Assembly (NCBI GenBank): GCA_964019335.1
Contig: OZ025763.1
Span: 73,335-137,334, forward strand
DNA: 64,000 nt
Reading direction: 5' to 3'
Source of the DNA: Diplonema japonicum
Lineage: Eukaryota > Protista > Euglenozoa: Diplonemea
The position numbers and the translations under genes were made by a program. Shown piece after piece: positions 35,101 to 47,690 of this stretch. The notes below the pieces were generated by a model, which searched no databases, was not told the origin of the DNA, and saw nothing but the letters and a program-made list of their open reading frames with translations. Each line of letters opens with the position of its first letter. Position 1 is the first letter of the stretch.

Positions 35101-36975
35101 ACAGTTGCCCCTGCGCCTGTGCCGGCAGACGACAACACGTACGTCTTCAACAGCAACTTCAAGATGGGATGGGGTGTGAGCGCATCGTCAACGGAAGTCA
35201 CAGTGTGGTGGGATTGCCCAGAGGACCAGTGGTGCTCAATCGGCTTCGGCTCAAAAATGAGCAATGCGGACACTGTACTATGCTACGCCGGTGGATGCGA
35301 GGACGGGCACGTATCTGGGTACTCAGCGCCATCAAAGGACCAGCAGCAAGATATCACCAACGTATCTATCACAACTACCAACAAGATAATGAGAGTGAGC
35401 TGGAATAGAAACCTGAACACAGGTGATCCCAAGGACGCTATCATCAGCAACACCGGTGCCACGTCTGTTATTTGGGGCATCGGGGGTATGAGCGGCACAG
35501 CACCTAAAGAGCATTCGAGCCGAGGCGTGGCGTCCATCAACTTCATGACAGGCGCAGCAGCTGCAACGGATACAGACGACGACGGCATCGTGGTTTTGAA
35601 GGTGCTTGCCATCGTCCCGCTTCTCATGCTACTCGGCGGTGCTTACCTGCTGAGGCCGCGTCTTCTGAGCAGCCCTACCTCCGCAGCGGGTAGGATGCTC
35701 TTCAAGACACCTGTGGGCGTGGTGATTTCAATGCTGATGGTCGCTGCTTCAATGTTGCTTGTGTTCTTCGGAAACTATAAAAGCGAGGCGTGGTACTTCG
35801 CGTTCGGCTACGTGGCAGCTGCGCTCATGGGGATAATCCTCGTACTGCCCTCGGGGAACGTGTCGGTTGTGTGGCTGGCGATGAAAATCCCGCATGAAAG
35901 GATCATCATGTACCATAGGTGGCTCGGGATGTGCCTTCCAGTGGCGATGGCGATCCACGGGTTAGGATACCTCGTGAAGCTCGAGTGGGACGCAACGCTC
36001 TTCAAATTCGACGAATTCAAAGATGTGTCACCCCTTGCAGGCGTGCTCGCGCTTGGTTCCTGTGTTCTACTGGTTATCCTGGCAAACCCCATCATCAGAA
36101 GAAGGCTCTACGGCGTGTTCCTGTTGACACACTGGCTGTTCATGGCCCTCACCGTTATATTCAGTTGTATACACTCAATGCATGTTCTGCTGTTTTTAAT
36201 ACCCGGTTTGATCAGCCTCGCAGCAAGAGGCATCTTATCCGAGAAGCGAGGCTGGGCACGCGTCCTTGCAAGGCAAGTCGCACCGGACTTCTCCTACATG
36301 AAGCTTAAGCTTCAGACTGACGTGCACAACTACGGCCCGGGTTCGTACGTTTTCCTGCGTGCTGCGAACGATAAGCTTGCTTCGCACCCTTTCTCCATTG
36401 TGAAGGTATCCCCCGACGCCCTTGTACTGTGCATGAAGAACATGGGCCCCGGCACTTCAACTGACAAAATCATCAGATCTGGTGCCTCGCATTTCCGTGT
36501 CAGCGAGCCGCTCGGGAACCCAAGCATCGACCTGAACGCCTACGATAATATTATTCTCGTGGGTGGTGGTGTGGGCATCACTCCGCTCATTGGGTGTTTG
36601 AACAACATGGCCTATGCACGTCCTAACACAACGTTCCACCTGGCATGGAGTATCAGGGACTTGTGTCTTGTGGGGATGCTGTCTGAGGAGATCACAGAGC
36701 TGTCTGGGTTGGGGAATGTTACGTTAACGATATACTACACTGGGAAGGAGGAGACGGCGAGGGAGATGAGGGCGTTTCCGCTTAACGTGCAGCTGGAGTA
36801 TGCCAGGCCTAATATGGCTGCGGTCTTGTCGGGGTCGCAAGCTATGGCCGGCGGCGGACCCTCGGGTCCAACTGCAGTTTTTGTGTGCGGCCCGAAAGGT
36901 TTGGTTGATTCCGTCACCACCGCAGCGTCTAGCCGTCCTTTCCTCACGCTACATGTCGAGACGTTTGAGTTGTAG
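32140..36975 (+). CDS. 7x DOMON - ferric reductase/NADPH-oxidase-like transmembrane protein (FAD and NADPH domains)
   Basis: Signal peptide; six near-identical plus one divergent DOMON (WCALGF..SMSDAD..W..H); TM His pairs YHRW..IHG and THW..IHS; HPFSI, GGGVGITP, VCGP, C-terminal ETFEL. Confidence 0.88.
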   Translation: MLLGLLLVSLVCPALCKTWAADFETNWVLNGDEVTFTFVCTVGKWCALGFGSSMSDADVVVCDATTCLDMTSSGRANPSKDTSQDITGVSNTGTAGGKYTVQWTRKLVTTDATDKTITKDVPTNVIWAFGPGTMDASGGISMHTATTDRNSDTITVVSPTPGSAAKTWASDFTMNWVLNGDEVTFTFVCTVGKWCALGFGSSMSDADVVVCDATTCLDMTSSGRANPSKDTSQDITGVSNTGTAGGKYTVQWTRKLVTTDATDKTITKDVPTNVIWAFGSGTMDASGGISMHTATTDRNSDTITVVGPTDAPATSAPVTPTPGNVAPGKTWASDFTMNWVLNGDEVTFTFVCTVGKWCALGFGSSMSDADVVVCDATTCLDMTSSGRANPSKDTSQDITGVSNTGTAGGKYTVQWTRKLVTTDATDKTITKDVPTNVIWAFGPGTMDASGGISMHTATTDRNSDTITVVGPTDAPATSAPVTPAPATSAPVTPAPATSAPVTPTPGNVAPGKTWASDFTTNWVLNGDEVTFTFVCTVGKWCALGFGSSMSDADVVVCDATTCLDMTSSGRANPSKDTSQDITGVSNTGTAGGKYTVQWTRKLVTTDATDKTITKDVPTNVIWAFGPGTMDASGGISMHTATTDRGNDTVTVTDAPATSAPVTPTPGSATSGKTWASDFTMNWVLNGDEVTFTFVCTVGKWCALGFGSSMSDADVVVCDATTCLDMTSAGLTIPSKDTSQDITGVSNTGTAGGKYTVQWTRKLITTDATDKTITKDVPTNVIWAFGPGDIQASGVFSKHSATAHRSNDVITISDAPATSAPVTPNPVATTPSPPATSRQTWASDFTMNWVLNGDEVTFTFVCTVGKWCALGFGSSMSDADVVVCDATTCLDMTSSGRANPSKDTSQDITGVSNTGTAGGKYTVQWTRKLVTTDATDKTITKDVPTNVIWAFGPGDIQASSQFSVHAATTDRGSNTIIVSLSATTDAPATVAPAPVPADDNTYVFNSNFKMGWGVSASSTEVTVWWDCPEDQWCSIGFGSKMSNADTVLCYAGGCEDGHVSGYSAPSKDQQQDITNVSITTTNKIMRVSWNRNLNTGDPKDAIISNTGATSVIWGIGGMSGTAPKEHSSRGVASINFMTGAAAATDTDDDGIVVLKVLAIVPLLMLLGGAYLLRPRLLSSPTSAAGRMLFKTPVGVVISMLMVAASMLLVFFGNYKSEAWYFAFGYVAAALMGIILVLPSGNVSVVWLAMKIPHERIIMYHRWLGMCLPVAMAIHGLGYLVKLEWDATLFKFDEFKDVSPLAGVLALGSCVLLVILANPIIRRRLYGVFLLTHWLFMALTVIFSCIHSMHVLLFLIPGLISLAARGILSEKRGWARVLARQVAPDFSYMKLKLQTDVHNYGPGSYVFLRAANDKLASHPFSIVKVSPDALVLCMKNMGPGTSTDKIIRSGASHFRVSEPLGNPSIDLNAYDNIILVGGGVGITPLIGCLNNMAYARPNTTFHLAWSIRDLCLVGMLSEEITELSGLGNVTLTIYYTGKEETAREMRAFPLNVQLEYARPNMAAVLSGSQAMAGGGPSGPTAVFVCGPKGLVDSVTTAASSRPFLTLHVETFEL

Positions 36976-37191
36976 CTGTGCGTTGCCCCTCTTTTTTTTT
37001 TTCCCCCTCTTGCCTTCTTTTTTTTTTTTTTTTATTCGCCGTTTACGGAAGTTTTTTTATAAAAAAAAAAGTTTTTTTTTTTTATATATTTACTGTGGGA
37101 ACAAAAAGAAAAAAATTGCACGAACGGACAAAAATCTCGCACAACGAACGTATGTCCGTTTGGCATTAGAAAATCGTTTTACGAGGGAAGG

Positions 37192-37234
<43 letters not shown>

Positions 37235-37371
37235 CGAATTGGACAAGTTCCCTTGCGCGAACCTTCGTCGGTTCGGCTTTTTTTTTTTTTTTTGTTCCAC
37301 AGCAAATAATATGTCATAAAAAAAATATATATAAAAAAGCTTCTATACAACACCGTCGAAGTCTCTCTGTT

Positions 37372-37462
37372 AACGAGTCTTTGACTTGTCTAAACAAAAA
37401 GGGGCAAGTTGACAACGTGTTTAGGGTTTACAAACTTCTCCAGGTTTTACCCAGCACAACGT
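37372..37462 (+). repeat. Dispersed repeat, second copy at ~62308-62395
   Basis: ACGAGTCTTTGACTTGTCTAAACAAAAGGGG..CTCCAGGTTTTACCC.GCAC present in both. Confidence 0.75.
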
Positions 37463-37535
37463 GCAAGTAATTCGACTGGTTTTCTTTTTCTTTCTTTTTC
37501 TTTCTTTTTTTGCTTGAATAAAAAAAAAGGGAAAG

Positions 37536-37575
<40 letters not shown>

Positions 37576-38770
37576 AATATATTTGTTTGTGTGTATGAAA
37601 TTGTTGGGATATTTTTCCCTTCTACAGGTTAATCCCCGGCTGTGCACAAACAAGATTCCTTTCTTCCCTGCAATTAAGTATTCGTTTCGGTCAAATGAAA
37701 AGTGTTCTTGCAAGGAAAGTTTTATATATTCTATAAAAAGTAATCCATAAAGTCACTTATTTGGCGTTGCAGTGGCTCATACCTTCCTATCCCTCCCCTC
37801 CCCCCTTTTTTTTTTGAAGTCATATTTCCGCAAAAAAAAAAAAAAAAAAAAAAAAAAAGAATCAGACACATTTTGTGGGTGTAGTTTCTTTCACCTCATT
37901 TCTTTTCTTTTAGTTTTTTTTTTCTTCTTTTTTTTTAAGGGCGCCGCCAACACCGGCCTCCTTTAACTCATATATTTTTTTTCTTTCTTTCATGTGTGTC
38001 GATGGAAATATGCGATGATACAGTTTTCTTTTCTTTTTTTTTCAAAGGCGGCCCTCCATGAGGGGGTTTGTCCTGCACTTTGAGTTTTTTTTTTTGTTTT
38101 GTTTATTATTCATTTATTTGTTTTTACGTTTTTTTTATTTAGGTTTCTGATTGCCTTCTTGTTCCGAGCCAAGCGCCTAGAAGCAATCGGCCCCTGTAGT
38201 CGTAGCAGAATCTTTTGAAAAGAAAGTCTTTTTTTTGGTTCCCCTACCTATTTTAATCTTAAGAATTTTTTTTTCTCGCTTTTTAACAGAGTAGCAATGA
38301 GTTAGCCAACTTTTTTTTCTTTTTTTTTTCCCCATTCTTTTTTTAAAAAAAAAAAAAACTTCTTCCCGCACGTTGTGACCAAAATTGCACAATACAATAG
38401 CCGCCCCCCAGGCAATTATGAAATCTTAACCCGTTTCTTTTTTTTTTTTTTTTTATTTTTTTTTTTAATGAAAATACCTTGGCTGCCCGCTTAATTTTGT
38501 GTGGCAGCAACTCTGATCGAAAGGGGTGTATAAGAAAAAAAGAAAGAAAACGTTCTCCCCCCCCCTTTTTTTTCTTTTTTTTGGTCCAGACCATAGAGTG
38601 GGTGTTTTCAAAATGGAGTTGCCGTCAAATAATGCATAGTAGCCTGATGAGAATGGGTTTTCCACCACAAAATATGCATTTTCAAACACCACTCCGGCAT
38701 TACAGGCCATAACAGTGACGCTGTCGTTGCCTTGTGTACATCCGAGGTAAAGTTGTTTTCCTTTCTCTCT

Positions 38771-38803
<33 letters not shown>

Positions 38804-39754
38804 GCTCTCTCGTTGTAACTCATTCTTACTCGTTTTTATTATTACTATAAGTCTTCTCACTACATGCCCTTCCCATTGGAAGAAAAAGAATAAAAAAAAA
38901 AAGATTGGTGGGAAATGTATGTATTGGTTTTCTTTTCAAATAGTTTTCCGTGAATCTCTACTATATCTTTTTTTTTGTCTTTCATTCACATCTCATCACC
39001 ATTACCACTCAGGCAACACAAGATGCATCGCCCGTTGATGATGCTCTCACTAACGGCGTCAATGCAAATATTGTTCAAGGACCAAAATATCCAGACAGCT
39101 TGTGACCTTAGTGCCTAGCAAGTTGTAATTAAATTGGAACTTAAATACAGCTTGAATCTGTACGCGTGGGCCGACTGGTGCTACAGAGCTCCCTCCCAAC
39201 TGCACTGCAACGGGAAAGTGATTCATATACACGCCCTTCGGCACAGACGCTGAGACACATCGTTGTGTGGAAAACCCACAGAAAGCAATGATTACAAAGG
39301 AAGGGAAGTAGCATGCCGATCGGAAGGTGTTACTCAAGGAACAAAAAGCGCATCTGGCCCTCACAGACAAAGGGGAGAGAGGTCAAAGGAAGTGCGTCAT
39401 CATAAGCGTTTCAACAAAATATCAGTAAGGCAGTTGTTAAATTACTGCCATTGATTAAGTGACAGGTTTTCTTAACATGAATCTGTCACTTGAAGGTTCT
39501 ACCATACCATGTCTTCACTGGGGTACACGAATACACGCTACTGGAAAATATATAACTTATGAGATGCAAGCAACAAAAAAGGAAGTTCATAGGATAGTCT
39601 AATTAAACAGTTCATGTTTTACTCTTTTTTTTCTTTCTTTTTTTTTTTTTTTTGCTTTTTTTTATCTCCTGTGGAACGCCCGCAAAAGAAAAAGAAAAAA
39701 AGAAACACACATAACCCTTTCTCACAGACCCCCTTTTATTCTTCAGCACCTTAA

Positions 39755-41146
<1,392 letters not shown>

Positions 41147-41436
41147 GTGGAGTGATCTTTTCGTTTTTCACTTTTTATTTGTCCCCTTTTCCCCAATTTT
41201 CCCTTTGTTTATGCCCACTTTTCTTTTTTCTCTTTTTTTACCCCTCTTCCCTCCGCATCAGAAGCACACACCCAAAGCGGCGACGGTGGTTCGGCTCATC
41301 GTTGTAAGTGCATGCCAGACGCGGGGGATAGAGGCAACCACCCAACCCAACCACTCCTCTTTTTCCCCCCCTATTTGCATTTCTTTTTTGTAAACGATTT
41401 TCGACACATAAAAAATAACACACGTATAGGGTTGAA

Positions 41437-44400
41437 ATGACCTCGGGACCATCAACAGCACCGTATGGGGATGATAAACCAGTCGCGATCGAGCTTCTTG
41501 AGGAGAAGCACAAGATGGCGATAGAGGAACATGGATGGTGGTCGCAGGTGACGCTTTCCTTTGTGCAGCCGCTACTGAAGCTGGCACGCACCGGTGGGCT
41601 CAACGTAAACACGGTGGACGACCTCCCTGCTGACCAGCGGACTGAAGTTCAGAACGAGAAGTTCCAAGCCCTGTGGGGGAAGGAATTGCAGAAGATCAAC
41701 GTAGACACATTCCACCGCACGCTCAAAGAAGTGACGAAGGCGGACAGCAAGAAGCAGCTCTTCAAGTCCCTCGACGTGTGGGACGGGATTAAAAAGAAGA
41801 TCGACGACGGTGCCTTCACCAGCCACAGGGACCTGCAGTCCTTCCAAAACCAGGTGAAGAATATCATCAATACAAACTACAAGGCAGCCGCACCAGACTG
41901 TCAACGATGCGCCAAAAAAATGTGCCCGCTTCCCGACGGTGTTCCCGAAGTCCCCGGGATGCCAGCTGTGGCCCCAGCTCATAAGGACATGGCCTTTCTG
42001 ATGGGGCAGCTGAACTATGCCATTCAACAAGGACAGCCTCGTCTCACGCCTGTCTTGTATCAAGCTTATAAAAGTGACTTCTGGGCAGGGGCTTTGTGGG
42101 GTTTGGGGCAGAGCATCCCGCCGTTTGTTCCGATCCTGCTGTTCCCCCGTCTTATCGATGCGCTCATTGAGATCCCCTCTCCGGGGACGCAGAACGGTGC
42201 CCCCGCAGTCCTTCTCGACACTGAAGACCCTACGTACCTTGTGTTTATCTACGCTGCCGTTATTTTCGTCGCTATTTCGTTCATGGCGTTTGCTATGACA
42301 CGCACCTTTGTGACGTCGGCACGGTTGGGTGTGAAGCTCCGTGCGTGTCTTGCTGCGGCCATCACGAAGAAGTCGCTTGAGATTTCGCAGTCGGGGTGGC
42401 TGTCCTCGGGAGGGCACTCGAAGATCTTCACCCTCCTCCACGCCGACACGGAGCGCATTTTCCAACAGTGCGCCAACCTCCTCGGGCTTGCCTTTTACAT
42501 CCCGACGCAAGCAGTGCTGGCAATAGCCTACCTGTTCTACATCATGTCATGGCCCACGGTTGGCGGTGTTGTCGTCATGTGCATTAGCATGCCGTACAAC
42601 TACACCATTGCCCAGAGCTTCATCAAGCTGTTCGTGGAACGTATGTTAAAGGCCGACGGGCGTACGAAGAAGGTGCATGAGATGATCGAGAACATCCGCG
42701 GGGTGAAATTCTACCAGTGGGAGAAGGAGTACACAGATGAGATCATGTCCGTCAGAAAGACCGAGGTGTCGATCATCAAGGTGCTGCTCAAGAAGATCGC
42801 AACGCTGATGTCCAGTACCCAACTCGCCCCCTTTCTGTTCCACACAGTGATCCTCATCATCTACGCTCTGTGGGACGAGGAAGGCCTCGACTCCGAGAAG
42901 GTGTACCAATCTCTGTCTCTTACTTACGTCCTGCGTGGCAGCTTCATGACAATGCCCTTCATCTACGCTGGTTATGTACAAGCACTCATCGGATTGCTTC
43001 GCATCCAGGACTTCCTTGTAAGGGACGAGACGGAGAAGCTTCCCACGACAGATCGTAACGAAATGATCCGGGTGGAGAATGGGAGGTTCGCGTGGGAAGA
43101 GGGTGGGACTCCATGCCTCACGAACATCAACCTGGAAGTGAAGAAAGGAGAGCTCGTGATGGTGGTGGGGAAGGTCGGGTCCGGGAAGTCGTCCCTCACC
43201 TCGAGCATGCTGGGGGAGATCACTGAGGCACAGGGCACAACACACATTGGGGGAAGCATCGCTTACTGCCCGCAGGTCCCGTGGATCATCAGCGGAACGA
43301 TCCGTGCGAACATCGAGTGGGGGCGAAGGGGGGTCGCCTCAGACAGCTTGAATGACTACCACAAGTGCGTGCGGAGCGTAGCCATGGTGCAGGACCTGCA
43401 GGTGCAGCTAAAAGACGGTGACGCAACGGTGATCGGTGAGAAGGGCATCAACATCAGTGGTGGACAAAAGGCACGTGTGGCGTTGGCACGTGCGCTGTAC
43501 AGCAACGCAGACATCTACATTATGGACGACGTCTTGTCAGCAGTGGACGCACACGTCGGGAAGCACATTTTCCACAACGCCATCGAGAAGCAGCTTGCGG
43601 GAAAGACACGTCTCTTGATCACAAACCAGCTTCAGTTTCTGCAGCACGCTGACCGCGTGTTGTCCCTGGAACCGCAGAAGGACGGCTCCTTCACACTAGT
43701 GGAGGTGGACCCGGAAGCACCTGTAGCAGGCTCCACCTTCGAGCAGCTCATGGTGGAGTTTCACAGACAACAGAACAAAGCAGAAGAGACACGACAGGAG
43801 GAGCTAGAGAAAGCTGTCAGCGCGGTCTCAGAGGTGTCCACCGTTGACTCCGAGGTCTTAAGGAAAGTGTTCAAGACGGAGGAGTACAAGGGTCAGGCCC
43901 TGACTGTACAAGAACACATAGAAGAAGGAAACGTCACGTGGGAGACCTACCGTGCATACTACAAGCACTTCGGAGGGGTATTGTGGTGGGGCCTCATCAT
44001 CCTAGGACATGTCTTCTTCAACGCGTGCGACAAGATGTCGCAGATCTGGATCGGGTGGTACGCCGACGAGGGCCGCGAGCAGTCCGCAGCCTTTTACAAG
44101 GGCCATATCATCGAGGACCTGCACACGGCAACTTGGTTTGGGATTTACCTTGGGATCATCGCTGCGGGCTGCATCGTCCTTGCAGTGCGGGAATTCAGTT
44201 TTGCAACCGGGGCAGCGCGTCCCTGCCACAGCTTGTACAAGGAGGAACTTGGTGCGGTGCTCGCCTCGTCCACACAGTTCTTCGACACAACGCCTGTAGG
44301 GCGCATCCTGACACGTTTTGTAAACGACTGGGAGGCTGTTGACTTCCAGGTGCCGCTGTACACGAGCCAGTGCTTCATCCAGTTCGGGATGATCATCAGC

Positions 44401-45717
44401 TCGATGGTGATGCTTGCCCTCACGATCCCTTACTTCGCTGTAATGTACATACCCGTGGGGTTCATGCTGTGGTACATAATGCGGAAGAACGCCGCCTCGA
44501 TGCAGATGCGCCGTCTGTTCAACGTGACGAAGAGTCCCGTTTCGAACATCTTCGCCGAGAACCTCCGCGGCCTGGCCTCGATCAGAGCTTACGGGAAGCA
44601 GGGCTTCGTGTCGGAGGACCAGGCAAGGGCGATCGATCTGAATCACGCTTGCTTCATGGGGGAGAGGCTGTCCTTCGAGTGGGTCCGCTTCCGGGTGAAC
44701 TTCCTGTCCGGAGTGGTCATGGCGTCCGTTCTGCTTCTACTACTCCTGGTTCGTGACGAACTAACTGCATCAACACTAGGACTTGTTATCTCGCAGGGCG
44801 TTTTCATAGTACTGTCAGTGTCGCAAGCCTTTTTGATGAGGCAGCAAATGGACCTGGCGATGAACTCAACTGAAAGGGTTTTGGAGTATTGCAGGCTGGT
44901 ACCGGAGGAAACGGATGAGCAGCGATTAAAGTGCGAGGAAATGCCGAAGAACTGGCCAAACAACGGCGAAATTTCGATTGAGAACCTCAGCGTGAGGTAC
45001 CGCCCGGAACTGCCGCGCGCTGTGGAGGACGTGAACCTTCACATCGAAGCCGGGTGGAAGGTGGGTATAGTCGGCCGCACGGGAAGTGGGAAATCAACGC
45101 TGTTAAAGTCAATGTTCCGCCTGATGCACCCCGACAGCGGGTTCCGGTTGATGATCGACGGGTTCGACGCCAACAAGCTAAAGGTTTCAGACCTTCGCAG
45201 CCTGTTCGCCATCATCCCTCAAGAACCTGTTCTGTTCACAAACACCGTACGAAAAAACATCGACCCATTTGGAACGAGCACCGAGGAGAAGCTCCGAGAG
45301 GCCGTACGGCTATGCCATCTAGAAGACCATCTTAAACTGCGTGCAGGGCCCGATGGTGACGTTCTGGAGGTCAAGATAACTGACGACGCATTGTCTATTG
45401 GACAACGGCAAATGCTGTGTTTGGCACGTGCTCTTGTCCTTGACAGGAAATTCCTCCTCTTGGACGAGGCGACTGCTTCCGTTGACGTTCATACTGACAA
45501 GCTAATCCAGGAGACGCTTGTCACTGCTTTCAAGCACTGTACAGTTCTTACAATCGCTCACAGGCTGAACACTATTACCCACTCTGATAGGATTCTTGTT
45601 ATGGATTGCCAGGAGGGTACAGGCAGGGTTGCTCAGTTTGCTTCCTATGGCGAGCTTCTTGAAGATGCCGATGGCATTTTCTACCAACTTGCAAAGCAGG
45701 CTAAGCTTATTGATTAG
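41437..45717 (+). CDS. ABC transporter subfamily C (MRP-like), full length
   Basis: TMD-NBD-TMD-NBD; GKVGSGKS, ISGGQKAR, MDD; FFDTTPVGRIL; GRTGSGKS, LSIGQRQ, LDEAT, IAHRL. Confidence 0.95.
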   Translation: MTSGPSTAPYGDDKPVAIELLEEKHKMAIEEHGWWSQVTLSFVQPLLKLARTGGLNVNTVDDLPADQRTEVQNEKFQALWGKELQKINVDTFHRTLKEVTKADSKKQLFKSLDVWDGIKKKIDDGAFTSHRDLQSFQNQVKNIINTNYKAAAPDCQRCAKKMCPLPDGVPEVPGMPAVAPAHKDMAFLMGQLNYAIQQGQPRLTPVLYQAYKSDFWAGALWGLGQSIPPFVPILLFPRLIDALIEIPSPGTQNGAPAVLLDTEDPTYLVFIYAAVIFVAISFMAFAMTRTFVTSARLGVKLRACLAAAITKKSLEISQSGWLSSGGHSKIFTLLHADTERIFQQCANLLGLAFYIPTQAVLAIAYLFYIMSWPTVGGVVVMCISMPYNYTIAQSFIKLFVERMLKADGRTKKVHEMIENIRGVKFYQWEKEYTDEIMSVRKTEVSIIKVLLKKIATLMSSTQLAPFLFHTVILIIYALWDEEGLDSEKVYQSLSLTYVLRGSFMTMPFIYAGYVQALIGLLRIQDFLVRDETEKLPTTDRNEMIRVENGRFAWEEGGTPCLTNINLEVKKGELVMVVGKVGSGKSSLTSSMLGEITEAQGTTHIGGSIAYCPQVPWIISGTIRANIEWGRRGVASDSLNDYHKCVRSVAMVQDLQVQLKDGDATVIGEKGINISGGQKARVALARALYSNADIYIMDDVLSAVDAHVGKHIFHNAIEKQLAGKTRLLITNQLQFLQHADRVLSLEPQKDGSFTLVEVDPEAPVAGSTFEQLMVEFHRQQNKAEETRQEELEKAVSAVSEVSTVDSEVLRKVFKTEEYKGQALTVQEHIEEGNVTWETYRAYYKHFGGVLWWGLIILGHVFFNACDKMSQIWIGWYADEGREQSAAFYKGHIIEDLHTATWFGIYLGIIAAGCIVLAVREFSFATGAARPCHSLYKEELGAVLASSTQFFDTTPVGRILTRFVNDWEAVDFQVPLYTSQCFIQFGMIISSMVMLALTIPYFAVMYIPVGFMLWYIMRKNAASMQMRRLFNVTKSPVSNIFAENLRGLASIRAYGKQGFVSEDQARAIDLNHACFMGERLSFEWVRFRVNFLSGVVMASVLLLLLLVRDELTASTLGLVISQGVFIVLSVSQAFLMRQQMDLAMNSTERVLEYCRLVPEETDEQRLKCEEMPKNWPNNGEISIENLSVRYRPELPRAVEDVNLHIEAGWKVGIVGRTGSGKSTLLKSMFRLMHPDSGFRLMIDGFDANKLKVSDLRSLFAIIPQEPVLFTNTVRKNIDPFGTSTEEKLREAVRLCHLEDHLKLRAGPDGDVLEVKITDDALSIGQRQMLCLARALVLDRKFLLLDEATASVDVHTDKLIQETLVTAFKHCTVLTIAHRLNTITHSDRILVMDCQEGTGRVAQFASYGELLEDADGIFYQLAKQAKLID

Positions 45718-46475
45718 AGAGTGGGGATGGTTTTTTTTTTTTTTTTTTTTGGTTTGCTTATTTTCGGTCCAGATGCAGACTGTAGTAGCCCTTTTTACCT
45801 AACCCAGCTGTTATGCTACATGTCTTATGTTTCGGATAGATTAGCATCCTCTTCTTCCTTTCATTCTGTTTCTTTTTTTTTGTTTTGCTTTTTTTGTTTT
45901 TGTTTTTGTTTCTGTCTTCATTGTATCAACAATAGTATAATGTGTCAGTGCCTATGGACTAGCACCATTGATAAAACCGTATTTACTTTATGCAGATTCG
46001 CTTGATAGGGATAAAACACTCTTTTTTTTTTCCTAAGTTTTTTTGCTGGAACAAGTAAACAAATTTTGAAAATAATTGTTATTGCAAAAAAGAGTAGAGG
46101 CAGCTTGTCCGTTTTATCCCTACTGTAGGTGAAAACGGCTTTGCACAAACAATCAGCCGACTCTTTTTCTCCGTGCGTCGCTTTATAAATGAGAAAATAA
46201 AAAAGGTGTACGTCTTTATTTGATGAGCCCCCCCCCCCCCCCCCCCCCCCCCTCGCTGTCCTTTTTTTCTTGCTCCGGGAAAAAGAAGAAAAGGGGGATT
46301 TCTTATTGCAAGCATTGGTTCCCGACTACACAGCAGTGAGTCGGGTGACAACAACTGCACTTTTCGGTTGATGTCTTTGGCTATAGATTGATGAAGATTG
46401 TAGGCATGTTATTCAATGTGAGTTACAGAAGCATGAGTTTCTTCTCCTCAATTACGATAAGGAGCTGTAAAAGCT

Positions 46476-46507
<32 letters not shown>

Positions 46508-47000
46508 CCCCCCCCCCCCACTTCTTTCTTCCTGTTTTTTTAAAAAGAAACACACTTGCCCTTTTTTATTTTTATTTTTTTTCATGCTTCTTGTTACCTT
46601 TAAAAAAAATACGAGAGTTACGAGGGGCTTCAAGCCCCCTTCTCAAGGGAATATGTAGAGCGGTAACAGAAAAAAAGGGGAGGGGATGCGTGTTTCTTTT
46701 TTTCTTCTTCTTTTTTTTTTTAGAAAACTTGTATAATTGTCTGTTTGACTGTTGATATTATTAGCTCTTACGACTGCCATACAAGGGAGGCGAAAAAATG
46801 GGGAAATGAATCAAGTCGTTCTTTTTTCTTGCTTTCTTCCTTTACTTACTCCTCTTCTTCTCCTTCTCCCTTTTTTTGTTTTTTTTGCGCAATATGTCTT
46901 ATTACTTTTTGTCTTGCGGATGCGCCGGAGGAAGGAGAAAAAAAGAGAGAGAAAAAAAAAAAAAAAAAAAAAAAAAACATATAGTCAATAAAGAATTATT

Positions 47001-47690
47001 AATACCGGATTTGTTTTTATTTTGTTATGTAAAAAGTCCCAAATTGGGCAAAAAATTCGAAAAAAGGTACATAATATTTACAGAACACCATTAAAACAGA
47101 ACATAAAATTTACAAAAATCCCAGAAGTATCTCTAAAAATAAAAAATCTCCACCGGGTTCCGGCTCTTCCTCCTTCTCTGCCTCGGTCACCTCTTGTTCT
47201 TCGGGGTTTATTAATTCAGAGAAAAGGGGTTGGATTTTTAATGATTATTTATGTAGTTGGAACTGCTTAAGGTGGTAAATAAGTGACTTTGATTTTAGTG
47301 GGCCAAAAATAAATAAAAAATAATTTTTTTTGTCAGTCCTGGGTACAACTCTAAACTGTTGTTGGTGGTGGTAGCGTGTAGGCTGTTTAAAACCAGTAAA
47401 GATGCCCCCCCCCCCCTGCTGTGAGGCAAAAAAAGATAAGGCACCAAGCGCCCGAACGATAAAATGATAAAATGATCATAATTATAAAGCTTATACCCAC
47501 GTGGCGTCGACTCTGGCTGGTCTTTGTAAAAAGCGGCCTTTAATTGTGTAGTATCAAACGGTTAACATCAATCTGATTTTGTATTGTTCTGTAAAAAGTC
47601 CCAAGTTGGGTCCAAAATCCGAAAAAGGTACATAATTTATACTTATAGGCCATTATTAAAACGGAACAAAATAAAAACAAATCCGGTATT
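47001..47690. mobile_element. MITE with perfect 26-bp terminal inverted repeats
   Basis: AATACCGGATTTGTTTTTATTTTGTT (47001-47026) and its reverse complement (47665-47690); TATT on both flanks. Confidence 0.75.

Noticed and set aside
38640-38710. Hammerhead ribozyme (CTGATGA followed by a stem)
   Set aside because: Required GAAA is CAAA, and stems I/III with the NUH site cannot be formed convincingly.
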